Source of the DNA: Malacoraja senta
Lineage: Eukaryota
Direction: 5' to 3'
NCBI GenBank assembly: GCA_038087875.1
Contig: JAXLNO010000438.1
Location: 248,001 to 312,000 of the forward strand
DNA length: 64,000 bases
This document shows, piece by piece, positions 1 through 12,663 of the stretch. The notes below the pieces were generated by a model. It was given only the letters and a program-made list of their open reading frames with translations, was not told where the DNA came from and made no database searches. How positions within the stretch are numbered: position 1 is the stretch's first letter; every line of letters starts with the position of its first letter. A program made the position numbers and the translations under genes.

Positions 1-1849
1 GACGTTTCGAAACATTTCTTCAGACTGTGCAACATTTTATTTTTTAATGTCAATCAAAAAGATTGGGGTAGGAATAGAAATAACATCTGTTTGGAAAATC
101 TGTTGATCCTGCACCAAGGTTCCGAGCCATATTATTAGATATTTTTATTGACTGTTGAAAATAACAATTACTTTTTCCACTCCCAGTTCTATGGGTTTTG
201 AAGTGGGCTGGCGAGGCTTATGAGGCTTATGAGGGATATATATAGTCTAGCAGAGGTGAGGCAAGACACGCTTAATGAAATACATGGTGAGCAGTACAGG
301 AGGTACCTCAATCTGCCATTTTCACTGTGCTCCTAACATAGACACTTGAGATTCCCAGTGCCATTCTGGATGCTGTTCTTCCAATTTTGAGTGATCATGG
401 GCCAGGGACATCTTTGAAATATTTATTTCCTCCAATCTTCCTTGTCATGTCTTGTACTTTGCTGTATTGTAGTCTGCTCCAAGCTGAATAGCAAACGATT
501 TTGGTGTCTACTATTCTTCGATGGACTGCTTATCTGATCTTTACCAATCTTGCTAGGTATGGATCTCATCACACTTTTACGCAGTAAATGCAACTATGAT
601 TTGGAGCATTCGATTTTCAGCTAAGCAGTTTGGGATGGACTAAATTTGATCAAGATGCTGTTGAAGCTTAGAAATACATGCAAGAATACAGGGTCAAGTT
701 CATAGAAAGACAGAAGTGTTATTTTTGGTTTTGCCATTGGCAAGAGATTGCACCCACTCTCTCCCATGCCCTGCTAAGAAAAAAAAGCTTTAACTTTGAT
801 TTACTCAGCCTCCTATAGTGTTGCTTCCAGTCTCAATATTCCAGCTAACACATGCAACATTTTAAGAGGAGCCTGGTCCCAAATGGGCCAACCACATTAG
901 ACCTGCTTCCTCTACTCACTAGTCTTCTTGTATAATGTGGTTTTACTGAATAGTTAAAACTTGCATAGAATGCAGGAACTTACTGGATCTACTTTAAACT
1001 ACTGAAAACATAATACAGCTCAAGGGCACAGATGTAAAAAAAAAATCCAAACGTTATAATGAATAGGAGAGAGTAAATAAAGACAGTGGTCTCAGGCAGA
1101 GTGAAATATGTTGAGGATAAACCCCAATGATTTCCCATTACAAAGCCGGATTTTTTTTCAAATTGTGATTTACATAACTATTTATTAAGGAGCTGCAAAA
1201 GTGCACAGAAATTGCATAAACTGGCCTAAAATGAATAAATATGAATTCTATTATGGTTAGAAATAATTTTCTCCTAATACTTTTGTTTTTACAGCCACCT
1301 TTATTGAGTCACAAAATACCCATCTCACATTTGACTTAGTCTGACAAATGTAAACATTTATAACACTCAAAAGTAAGTTCTGAAGGGACTCCTGATTTGT
1401 GATAGTTTAAGGAAGCTCTTCCAAAAATCTTTCAAAATTCACATCTGTTCATTATATTTTGGAGCTGAAATTTGGACTTTCTCCCCCATCCCCCGAGGGA
1501 GGTTTGGAATACAACTAACTCTGGAATTTAGTTTTATTTCTTGCTGGAAAGTAAGCTGTGGAAAACTAAGCTGCTGCAAAGGGATAAAGTCCAGTTAAGT
1601 ATGTAAAAAGACGGCAGAATGTAGAAAAGTGCAAAATTATCCTCGGTCTCCAACAACGTTTTTTAATATTTTGTTTAAAAAAAACTATAAAACATTGGTA
1701 TTCTAAGAATTAGTATTGGAAGAGGAGGAAATATTAATGCTTGAACATAAATTAGAAGATGTGCAGCATGTCTTTCGGCTTATATGCTAGGTTAGTTTAT
1801 ATGTCAAAGAGTCAAGAGTCATAGTATAGGAATCTTGCTGAATTGGCCC

Positions 1850-2400
1850 TTCTATATGACTCTGAGACATGGACTACCTACAACACTGGAAAGCTACCAA
1901 TTCTGTTTACTCTCCCAACATCCCTATACTACCACTCTAGATACTCTCAATCAGCTATGTTGAGCAGGCCATGTCACCACATGCTTAATACCAGATTCCC
2001 AAAAAGGACACACTATTTTGAGCTGCACCATTGCAAAGATTAATAGTTGGATTGAGAAAGATTCAAAGTGGTGCATAAGACACATCTTTGAATCCTAATA
2101 TGGAGAAACGCAACTTCTTCACCAAATCCTCTGGCCCACGGCAACTCCAAGTAAGAGCTTTCAAGATGATTTTGAGAACCTCAAGGCCATGAATCAGGAG
2201 CTTGAGATCCGACGCATGCAAAGCAAGAAACAGACCACCTCGCAAATTACTCCCCCACCTGCCCCTCAGTCACAACTTTATCCCATTTGTAGATGAATCT
2301 GGGGTTCCCACACCAATCCCAATAGTCATGTAGTAGCAAATTCTCCTCTATCCTAAAAACAGAGTGGAAGCAAGTTGTCCTCTATCCCAATAACGGCTTA
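1850..2400 (+). mobile_element. Old RTE-type LINE 3' remnant
   Basis: Degenerate RFPK/ELH coding remnant and gtggaagcaagt-type 3' end. Confidence 0.5.
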
Positions 2401-2439
2401 AGAAAATAAGACTTTGCTGACACAAAGCCTGGTAGTAAT

Positions 2440-2820
2440 ACAAATGAATTAAGCTTCTTAACCTACAAAATTGCAATATTTATATATCTTGACCCTTTCA
2501 TGCCCTCTTAGGATCTTGTATGTTTCAGTAAGATTGCTTTTCATCCTTCTAACAGCCAAAAGATACAGATGCAATTTCTTTAGCTGCTTATAAGACAACC
2601 ACCTCAATTCAATTGAGGTGGTTATCTTAGGATTTAGCCTTGGAAATCTTATCAATTGATTTAGCCTAGAAAACCTCCCTGGGCTGCCTCCAATGCATAT
2701 ATTGTTTCATAAAGAAGGAACTAAAACTCTGCACAGTCCTTTAGGTTGGTCTTATTGTGATCCACAACTCTCTTGCAATAAAAGATCAATATGCCACTTG
2801 CCTTCCTAACTTTTGTTATT
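2440..2820 (-). mobile_element. Old CR1 3' remnant
   Basis: RRMKSNLTETYKILRG peptide in ORF 2458-2655. Confidence 0.65.
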
Positions 2821-3284
2821 CAGGCACAGCATTAGATCCTACAACTATTACAAAGGGAATACTCATGGTCCACACATGTGTATAGGCCTATATCATATGA
2901 AGCCTGATTTATATTCACCTATTTTTTCCCCTTCTTACATAGGTGGATGAGAAACTATCCTGCACATTGGCAGATGCATGTAAATGACCAACGTCTCCCC
3001 AAGATCCATTTGACAGAGAAAAAAAAATTGAAATAGGTTGGTTAATGTCTCCGTTTTTGTTTAATTGAAAAAAAATCCATAATCAATAACTAAAGATAAA
3101 AGTATTAGATCTAGATCATCCAGTATAGATGGATGGGATATTTCGTGAAGAGGGTTAATTGTTTTCAGATTGATCGCAGCACTATGACAAAAGCAGCATT
3201 CCATTTAGTCTGCATCAATGCCGCAAAAGCACAACTAATGCTTTGTATATCCGAGGATGCTGTATAGATACAAATAATGGAGAT

Positions 3285-3500
3285 ACAAGAGACAGCAGAT
3301 GCTGGAATGTTGAGTAAAAAAAACATAAAGCTGGAGGAACTCAGCGAGCCAGTTAGCATCTGTCAGTTTGTCAGTCTGAAGAAGGGTCCCAACCAGAAGT
3401 GTTACCTATCCTTTTTGTCCAGAGATGCTGTCTGACCTGCTGAGTTACTCCAGCACTTTGTGTCTATCTTGTATAAACCAGCATCGGCAGTTCCTTGTTT
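3285..3500. mobile_element. Fold-back Penelope-derived short element
   Basis: Inverted gcagatgctgg/ccagcatc arms around a ctgaagaagggtc core. Confidence 0.6.
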
Positions 3501-3922
3501 CTAGCATCAGTCAGTCAATCAGCAAATGGAATTAGTTTAGTTTATTGTCATATGTACCGAGGTACAGTGAAAAGCTTTTTGTTGCGTGCTATCCAGTCAA
3601 TGACTACATGATTAAAATCAAGCAGTCCTTAGTGCACTGATAAAGATTAAAGAGTTTAAAATTTAGTGCAAGATAAAGTCCAATTAAAGATAGTTCAAAG
3701 ATCTCCAATGAGGTAGTGAGGTATATGGCAGGTCGGGACTGCACTCTAGTTGGTGAGAGGATGGTTCAGTAGCCTGATAACAGCTGGCAAAAAACTGCCC
3801 CTGAATCTGGAGATATGAGTTTTCAAACGTCTGTACCTCTTACCTGATGAGAGAGGGGATAAGAGGCTTAGATGGGGCATCTTGGATGGCATGTACGAGT
3901 TGGGCCAAAGAGCCTATTTCGG

Positions 3923-4122
3923 NNNNNNNNNNNNNNNNNNNNNNNNNNNNNNNNNNNNNNNNNNNNNNNNNNNNNNNNNNNNNNNNNNNNNNNNNNNNNN
4001 NNNNNNNNNNNNNNNNNNNNNNNNNNNNNNNNNNNNNNNNNNNNNNNNNNNNNNNNNNNNNNNNNNNNNNNNNNNNNNNNNNNNNNNNNNNNNNNNNNNN
4101 NNNNNNNNNNNNNNNNNNNNNN
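3923..4122. other. Assembly gap (200 N)
   Basis: Run of N in the sequence. Confidence 1.
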
Positions 4123-4742
4123 CCCATCATTACGGATGCAGCCATCAAGAAAGCACAAGGATATATTTCATTTCTTAGGAACACTCTGAAAGGCCATGGT
4201 GGAGAAGTTTAAGTCGTTTTGTAATGGTTACAGCATCATGGCTAGTGCATGCATCTTCCATGGAACCAATACCATGTTCCTGATTTAATAGCTCAGCAGG
4301 TCTATTGGTATGCTTAACCAGAAAATGCGGCAATAACAAGATTCACTGAAATTCCCATTGCAAAATGGCAATTATTTCTCATGGTTATTTCCCATTCCCA
4401 CTGTCTAATCTGAGCCCCGAGCAATTGTTGATGAAAGGGGGTGGGGGGCTGGGCAGCAGAGTGTCGAAGGGAAGACTACCATCCTGACTTAATGCAGCAT
4501 TCTCAATGCTGACCATATACCCACCATGTATTTTAGTATGAAGTTGTAATGCATAAAATGGTATGATGAGCAAGAACAGAAAAAAACATTGGGTAATTAA
4601 AGGATTTCAAGCTGCTCAGCTCTTAACATCTGTTCATCCTCACTCCAATGACTCATTACTCACATGCTGGTTATTTGCTCTATAATAAGTCCTATTCTGG
4701 AAAAGAAGCCGGAAAAAGGAAGTGCTAAAACCACTTCAAGTA

Positions 4743-4835
4743 AAAGAAGCTTGCTTAGGGCAGCATTATTTAAAGAAGCTTGCTTAGGACAGCATTATTT
4801 AAAGAAGCTTGCTTAGGGCAGCATTATTTAAAGAA
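4743..4835. repeat. 29-bp tandem repeat, 3 copies (AAAGAAGCTTGCTTAGG[G/A]CAGCATTATTT)
   Basis: Read directly; one substitution in copy 2. Confidence 0.95.
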
Positions 4836-6919
4836 AGAAAGAAAGTTACATCATATTTTCAAACTGGATAAATAAGTTAACTATTAACACACAAGACTTA
4901 CTGTATATAAAGAGGGTACATTTAATTCAAGCCTTACCAGTGACAAGGGAGTTCAGTAGGGATAGACAAGCCCTATAACATTACAGTTCAGAGTGAGGGC
5001 AAAAATTAAGCTAAATCACTGGCCCATCTGAAGTGGAATGAATGGTTAAATTGGTCCCACCCATACAAAGCAGAGGGAAATTCTGGTGCGCAAGTTGTTA
5101 AAAAGAAAATTAGAGCCAATGCCTGCTTCATTTAGCGCTTTCTTCATGCAATGTAATCTACAATTTTGTTTTAATTAAAATTGGTTCTGGTCATGAGAGT
5201 ATGACACAGACCCCAATTCTTCTATGCAGCAAACAACCTTACTCCTTCCCGATTGTGCCTAATCCTACCTGCATATCATTCCATTACTTTCACCCTTAAG
5301 TGCTTATGGAGCTTCCCACTAAATGCATTGACTGTTGGTTGCTTCTGCTATTAAAGTCAGCAATATGTGGACAAGCTTCAAAGCTTTGCCAGGTGGTAGG
5401 CTTTCTTGAGAAAAAGGAAATGCAGATAACACACTTGAGTGCCTTCTTGCAGTAACCAGCAACCTACAATCAACCTTTCAGCATTTTCTTTGCCATGGAA
5501 GTATTGTGTACAACTGTGTGTAGTAGTTCTGTTACCGTAGCAAGCTACTGGACTGCTTTCAATAGGCTGTAATCTACTTTCCCCTTAACGGTTTCCTTAC
5601 TCTACCAACTCCCCCCCCCACCCCCCTTCCTCCTCAATCTTTGACCTGATGCTTGGTGTGAAAAGAGATATCCTTCAACAGCACTGAGACACTTTTTTTC
5701 GAGTCAACATCAAACTACAGCAACTGGGAAACAATGAAGTTTCGGTTTTGTTACTTCTTACAGGAAGTAAAACGTGATAACAATTTCTTAAAGCAGAGAT
5801 TTTCCAATTTCTGATTTGGTGTTTTGGCTAACATAAGTGAAAAAAATTGGTGCAACAAAATATGGATGAAATCCAACTTCCTGGCTAAAATATTTTAAAA
5901 AACTAGCATTTATATTATATGTGAATAAATACACTGCCGAAAGTGGAAAATACAAAACTGTTAATAGGTTGGCAGTAATGTTGTTTTCACCCACAATTTT
6001 TTAGACTGTTGTTAATCAAAGAGGACCTCCGCTCCACTGTGCTGGAAAGTGAGCTCACTTTCTGACTGTGAACAGCAAGACATAAACTAGAGGTTGGGAC
6101 AATGCCTGCCAGCACATTTTTTGAAACCGGATGCTGTTTTGAAGGGGAAAAAAGCTCAAAAGGCTTTCACCAAAACCAAAAAGGACAGAAATGCTGCATG
6201 AGCAGTTTAAGTCATCTTATTTGCATTAGGTGCTACATTATTATTGGGGAATTCGGTATCTTTTTTATATGTTTAATTGCTAACCATTGAGAGGATGTAT
6301 GGTGCAAATGAAGTGAATTCACTGATTACCACGACATTCATCTATTGTAAAATAAAATATCAATGCACAGCATACTTCATCTTAGTAATGAGTTACTCAA
6401 TTTGTTTTTAGAAAGGGTGAAATAGTTAAAAACCCCAAAGTACTATTGTTACATCTTGGGGTTATATTACCAAACAGGTAGATATGTGCAACGGGAATGC
6501 CTCGCATGGCACAGACCGCAGCTTGGAACCATTGATGTAACTCAAGTGAGTAAGATAATTATGGCGGGCATAAGTCTGTAACAGTAGTTTTCAGTCTCAC
6601 ATCAATGCCAAGTTTGTCTTCCACATTTGCACTGTAACTATAATGAAGTTACGTCCTCTTTTGCCAACATCAGTGCTTAGCATTAAAACAGAGGGGTTGC
6701 CATTTAAAAGCTGGCCTTTCAATAGATTTTATGTTGTAAGCTTCAGTCAAACTATTAACAAGTTTTTATTTTGGGGCGACTTCATAAAAGCAGCAGACAG
6801 TTCAAATTGGGGAGGGGATTAGGGCTGTTCCTGTTGCCACATCAAACAAATTTTGCACCTCATAGAATAAGTGAATAAATGTTCATGTGAAAATTAAATT
6901 TAGTAAAGTAAATACACAA

Positions 6920-7280
6920 CAGGTCAAAGGAGGATGCAATCTCACTGACGCTCCACTCTGCACTGGTCACTTGGACAATAAAACACACATATGTTAGGCT
7001 GTTGCTCATAGACAACAGCTTGGTGTTCCACAAAATAATCCCCTCCAAATTAGTTACCGAGCTGATGAAACTGGGTCTCTGCACATCCCTCTGCAATTGG
7101 ATACTCGACTTCCTCATCAACAGAACGTAATCTGTGTGAATTGGCAGCAACACTTCCTCCTCGATAATCATCAGCACAGGAGAACCTCAAGGCTGCGTGC
7201 CCACCCTCTTGCTCTGTACTCATGATATGTATCCAAACAAAGCTCCATCCCCATCGACCAATTTGTCGACGACACCACTC
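6920..7280 (+). mobile_element. Decayed Rex1/Babar RT fragment, left part (split by the CR1)
   Basis: Degenerate CNWILDFL, TGEPQGCV and FVDDTT coding remnants. Confidence 0.75.
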
Positions 7281-7494
7281 TGTCGACGACACCACTCTTA
7301 CAGAAATCTGTAACGTTCCAAGTTCCACTCGCACTTCAAAAACAAGTGGGCTTAAGGAAGCCGCTGATTGGTGGAAGCAGACAAGAGGGAGCAGCTGATT
7401 GGGAGTCAGATCCCAGCTGATTGGGAGTCAGATCCCTGCTGATTGTACTGTATTGTAGCAGTTTGTTTTGTATTATATCCTAGGTAAGGGGAGT

Positions 7495-8430
7495 ATGAGG
7501 GCCAGGGCAGTTTACTGTTCTGGATGTCAGATGTGGGAAGTCATGGAGTCTGATAGCCCTCCAGACGTCCACATCTGCGCCAGGTGTATCGAGATGGGGC
7601 TCCTAATGGACCGTATTAGGAACCTGGAGCAGCAGCTCGATGACCTCCGTCTGGTCAGGGAGAGCGAGGAAGCCATTGAGAGGAGTTACAGGGAGGTGGT
7701 CACTCCAAGACCACAGGAGGCAGGCAAGTGGATCACGGTTGGGAGAGGCAAGGGGCACAGGCAGGGACTAGAGAGTACCCCGGTGGCTGTACACCTTGAC
7801 AATAAGTACTCCTGTTTGAGCACTGTTGGGGGGGACAGCCTACCTGGGGGTAGCGACAGCGGCCGGGCCTCCGGTATAGAAACCGGCCCTGTTGCTCAGA
7901 AGGGGAAGGAAAAGAAGAGGAGGGCAATACTAATAGGGGACTCTATAGTTAGGGGGTCAGACAGGCGATTCTGTGGACGCAGTCGGGAGACCCGGATGGT
8001 AGTTTGCCTCCCTGGTGCCAGGGTCTGTGATGTGTCTCAACGTGTCCAAGATATCCTGAAAGGGCAGGGAGAGGAGCCCGAGGTCGTGGTACATATAGGT
8101 ACCAATGACATAGGTAAAAAAAGAGAAGAGGTCCTGAAAGGAGAATTTAGGGAGTTAGGAGGGGAGTTAAAGAGAAGGACAGCAAAGGTAACAATCTCGG
8201 GATTACTGCCTGTGCCACGCGACAGTGAGAATAGGAATGGAGCGAGGTGGAGGATAAATGCGTGGCTGAAGGACTGGTGCAGAAGACAGGGATTCAAATT
8301 TCTGGATCATTGGGACCTCTTTTGTGGAAGGTGCGACCTGTACAAAAAGGATGGGTTGCACTTGAACCTGAGGGGGACCGATATCCTGGCGGGGAGATCT
8401 GCAAAGGCTACTGGGGAGACTTTAAACTAG
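7495..8430 (+). CDS. CR1 ORF1p: CxxC-CxxC zinc finger, coiled coil, SGNH esterase domain (open frame)
   Basis: CSGC...CARC, heptad leucines, and IGDSIVRG, HIGTND and DGLHLN esterase motifs. Confidence 0.9.
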   Translation: MRARAVYCSGCQMWEVMESDSPPDVHICARCIEMGLLMDRIRNLEQQLDDLRLVRESEEAIERSYREVVTPRPQEAGKWITVGRGKGHRQGLESTPVAVHLDNKYSCLSTVGGDSLPGGSDSGRASGIETGPVAQKGKEKKRRAILIGDSIVRGSDRRFCGRSRETRMVVCLPGARVCDVSQRVQDILKGQGEEPEVVVHIGTNDIGKKREEVLKGEFRELGGELKRRTAKVTISGLLPVPRDSENRNGARWRINAWLKDWCRRQGFKFLDHWDLFCGRCDLYKKDGLHLNLRGTDILAGRSAKATGETLN

Positions 8431-8582
8431 AATGGTTGGGGGGAGGGACCCAAATAGAGAAAGCTATTAGACAGTGTGTGAGGCAGGAGGCAGAGAAGGA
8501 AAGCACTTAGACCCAACATGTAGGGGGGAAAGAAGAAAACAATAATAAACAGAGAATAAGAGGTGGTGGGGTTCTTAAATGG

Positions 8583-11545
8583 GTGAGCAGAGAAACAGAG
8601 GGGTGTAAAATGCGGGCGGAAGCAATAGGTAGCAAGGTGAAAAGTAAAAGTGGCAGGCAGACAAATCCAGGGCAAAAATCAAAAAGGGCCACTTTTCAAC
8701 ATAACTGTATAAGGGGTAAGAGCGTTGTAAAAACAAGCCTGAAGGCCTTGTGTCTCAATGCAAGGAGCATTCGTAATAAGGTGGATGAGTTGAACGTGCA
8801 GATAGCTATTAATGATTATGATATAGTTGGGATCACGGAGTCATGGCTCCAGGGTGACCAAGGCTGGGAGCTGAACATCCAGGGATATTCAATATTCAGG
8901 AGGGATAGAGAGAAAGGAAAAGGAGGTGGGGTAGCGTTGCTGGTTAGAGAGGAGATTAACGCAGTGGAAAGGAAGGACATTAGCTTGGAGGATGTGGAAT
9001 CGGTATGGGTAGAGCAGCGAAACACTAAGGGGCAGAAAACGCTGGTGGGTGTTGTATACAGGCCACCTAGCAGTAGTAGTGAAGTTGGGGATGGCATCAA
9101 ACAGGAAATTAGAAATGCGTGCAACAAAGGCAAAACAGTTATAATGGGTGACTTCAATCTACATATAGATTGGGTGAATCAAATTGGCAGGGGTGCTGAG
9201 GAAGAGGATTTCTTGGAATGTATGCGGGATAGATATCTAAACCAACATGTAGAGGAACCAACGAGAGAGCAGGCTATTCTAGACTGGGTATTGAGTAATG
9301 AGGAAGGGTTAGTTAGCAGTCTTGTTGTGCGTGCCCCCTTGGGCAAGAGTGACCATAATATGGTTGAGTTCTTCATTAGGATGGAGAGTGACATTGTTAA
9401 TTCAGAAACAACAGTTCTGAACTTAAAGAAAGGTAACTTTGAGGGTATGAGACGTGAATTGGCCAAGATTGACGGGCAATTAGTTCTAAAAGGGTTGACG
9501 GTGGATATGCAATGGAAGGCATTTAAAGACTGCATGGATGGACTACAAAAATTGTTCATCCCAGTTTGGCAAAAGAATAAATCAGGGAAGGTAGTGCATC
9601 CGTGGATAACATGGGAAATCAGGGATAGTATCAAAGCAAAAGATGATGCGTACAAATTAGCCAGAAAAAGCAGCATACCAGAGGACTGGGAGAAATTCAG
9701 AGACCAGCAGAGGAGGACAAAGGGCTTAATTAGGAAAGGGAAAATAGATTATGAAAGAAAACTGGCAGGGAACATAAAAACTGACTGCAAAAGTTTTTAT
9801 AGATATGTGAAGAGAAAGAGATTAGTTAAAACAAATGTAGGTCCCTTGCAGTCAGAAACAGGTGAATTGATCATGGGGAACAAGGATATGGCAGACCAAT
9901 TGAATAACTACTTTGGTTCCGTCTTCACTTAGGAAGACATAAATAATCTGCCGGAAATAGCAGGGGGCCGCGGGTCAAAGGATATGGAGGAACTGAGTGA
10001 AATCCAGGTTAGTCGGGAAGTGGTGTTGGGTAAATTGAAGGGATTAAAGGCCGATAAATCACCAGGGCCACATAGGCTGCATCCCAGAGTACTAAAGGAA
10101 GTAGCTCCAGAAATAGTGGATGCATTAGTGATAATTTTTCAAAACTCTTTAGATTCTGGAGTAGTTCCTGAGGATTGGAGGGTAGCAAACGTAACCCCAC
10201 TTTTTAAGAAGTGAGGGAGAGAGAAAACGGGTAATTACAGACCAGTTGTCTAACATCGGTAGTGGGGAAACTGCTAGAGTCAGTTATTAAAGATGGGATA
10301 GCAGCACATTTGGAAAGTGGTGAAATCATTGGACAAAGTCAGCATGGATTTACGAAAGGTAAATCGTGTCTAACGAATCTTATAGAATTTTTCGAGGATG
10401 TAACTAGTAGAGTGGATAGGGGAGAACCAGTTGATGTGTTGTATCTGGTCTTTCAGAAGGCTTTCGACAAGGTACCACATAAGAGATTAGTATACAAACT
10501 TAAAGCACATGGTATTGGGGGTTCAGTATTGATGTGGATAGAGAACTGGCTGGCAAACAGGAAGCAAAGAGTAGGAGTAAACGGGTCCTTTTCACAATGG
10601 CAGGCAGTGACTAGTGGGGTACCGCAAGGCTCAGTGCTGGGACCCCAGCTATTTACAATTTATATTAATGAGCTGGATGAGGGAATTGAAGGCAACATCT
10701 CCAAGTTTGCGGATGACACTAAGCTGGGGGGCAGTGTTAGCTGTGAGGAGGATGCTAGACGACTGCAAGGTGACTTGGATAGGCTGGGTGAGTGGGCAAA
10801 TGTTTGGCAGATGCAGTATAATGTGGATAAATGTGAGGTTATCCACTTTGGTGGCAAAAACAGGAAAGCAGACTATTATCTAAATGGTGGCCGATTAGGA
10901 AATGGGGAGATGCAGCGAGACCTGGGTGTCATGGTACACCAGTCATTGAAAGTAGGCATGCAGGTGCAGCAGGCAGTGAAGAAAGCGAATGGTATGTTAG
11001 CTTTCATAGCAAAAGGATTTGAGTATAGGAGCAGGGAGGTTCTACTGCAGTTGTACAGGGTCTTGGTGAGACCACACCTGGAGTATTGCGTACAGTTTTG
11101 GTCTCCAAATCTGAGGAAGGACATTATAGCCATAGAGGGAGTGCAGAGAAGGTTCACCAGACTGATTCCTGGGATGTCAGGACTTTCATATGAAGAAAGA
11201 CTGGATAGACTTGGCTTATACTCGCTAGAATTTAGGAGATTGAGAGGGGATCTTATAGAAACGTACAACATTCTTATGGGGTTGGACAGGCTAGATGCAG
11301 GAAGATTGTTCCCGATGTTGGGGAAGTCCAGGACAAGGGGTCACAGCTTAAGGATAAGGGTGAAATCCTTTAAGACCGAGATGGGGAAAAACGTTTTCGC
11401 ACAGTGAGTGGTGAATCTCTGGAACTCTCTGCCACAGAGGGTAGTTGAGGCCAGTTCATTGGCTATATTTAAGAGGGAGTTAGATGTGGCCCTTGTGGCT
11501 AAAGGGATCAGGGGGTATGGAGAGAAGGCAGGTACGGGATACTGA
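8583..11545 (+). pseudogene. CR1 ORF2p (APE endonuclease plus reverse transcriptase), interrupted
   Basis: LNARSI, GITESW, MGDFN, SDH, KSPG, QHGF, GVPQGSVLGP, KFADD motifs across ORF pieces 8583-9932, 9984-10214 and 10262-11407. Confidence 0.93.
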
Positions 11546-11637
11546 GTTGGATGATCAGCCATGATCATATTGAATGGCGGTGCAGGTTCGAAGGGCCGAA
11601 TGGCCTACTCCTGCACCTATTTTCTATGTATCTATGT

Positions 11638-12478
11638 ACCACCATTGTTGACCAAATTACAGGAGACACTGAGTCAGAGCATGAGAGTCAGATGGATTTA
11701 CTGACCAAATTGTGCCAGAACAACAACCTTGCTCTCAATGTCAGTAAAACCAAGGAACTGATTATTGACTTTAGAAGAGGAAAGTCAAGGATCCACAAAA
11801 AGCTGTCTTCATCAACGGACGGTGGAGGAGAGAATAAAAAACTTCAAATTCCTGGGCATGTTCTGCACCTGCATTCCTGTGATCTGTTCTGCACCCAGTG
11901 CAATCATAAATGAAAGGCCATCAATGCCTCTACCTCCATAGAAAATTAGGGGTGATTTGGTATGTAAACAAATACTATCTTGAACTTCTACAGGTGTACA
12001 GCAGAAAGAATATTGGCTGGTTGCATCACAGCCTGGTTCGGCAACTTGAACGTCCAGAAGCAAAGAAGATTGCAAAAAGTGGTGAACACGGCCAGTCCTT
12101 CATGGGTACTGACCTCCCCACCATCGAAGGGATCTACAAAGAGTCGCTGCCTCAAAAAGGCAGCTAGCATCAGCAGAGACCTGCACCACCCTGGCCCCAC
12201 TCTCATCTCATCAAGAAGACGGTATAGGAACCTGAAAACTGTAAGTTGCAGGTTCTGGAGCAGCATTTTCCCTACAAGAATCAGGTGATTAAACACTACA
12301 ACCTCCAAATAAGGTCAGAACTACATGGACGGGGGTATTATTGTTACCTTTGCACTATTATTGCTTGTTTAAAAAAATAAATATATATATATATATATAT
12401 ATGTATGTTGTGCAGCTGTGAGTAACAATTTCATTGGTCCATTTTGGAACACATGACAATAAAACACTCATGACTCAA
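11638..12478 (+). mobile_element. Decayed Rex1/Babar fragment, right part with 3' end
   Basis: Resumes at TTIV; NNLALNVSKTKELIIDFRR, GCITAWFGN, and a catgacaataaa tail. Confidence 0.8.
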
Positions 12479-12545
12479 ATAAAATATGTATAAACTTATA
12501 TCCATACAGCAATGATGATTGCCCTCAAAGAGTTATCTGAATTAC

Positions 12546-12663
12546 CTGATTTTCCACCAGCCTTCCAGGTTCTTCTGTATGACTTCCACCACTGCACCTC
12601 TTTCCAAATCAATCTCATCATTATCTCTTGCCGTATATGGATAAATGACCACAAAGTTCTCCT
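12546..12663 (-). CDS. SH3PXD2B: SH3PXD2B exon, SH3 #2 ([40 protein letters not shown])
   Basis: tttttttcag| acceptor, AG|gtaat donor, 118 nt; nearly identical to Tks4 [34 protein letters not shown]. Confidence 0.97.

Larger units (their letters stand above)
7298..11637 (+). mobile_element. Near full-length CR1 LINE, disabled by few lesions
   Basis: 5'UTR, ORF1, APE endonuclease plus RT, 3' hairpin and (TCTATGTA/T) tail. Stops at 8508, 9930, 10212 and 11405; 1-nt deletion near 10247 relative to the second copy. Confidence 0.96.

Noticed and set aside
3840..4212. Five overlapping ORFs of about 100 aa
   Set aside because: Artefacts of translating the N gap.
4385..4573. Minus-strand ORF with a PSPPPP proline-rich motif, as a possible Tks4 exon
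   Set aside because: No similarity to the expected next exon and no convincing acceptor/donor pair.
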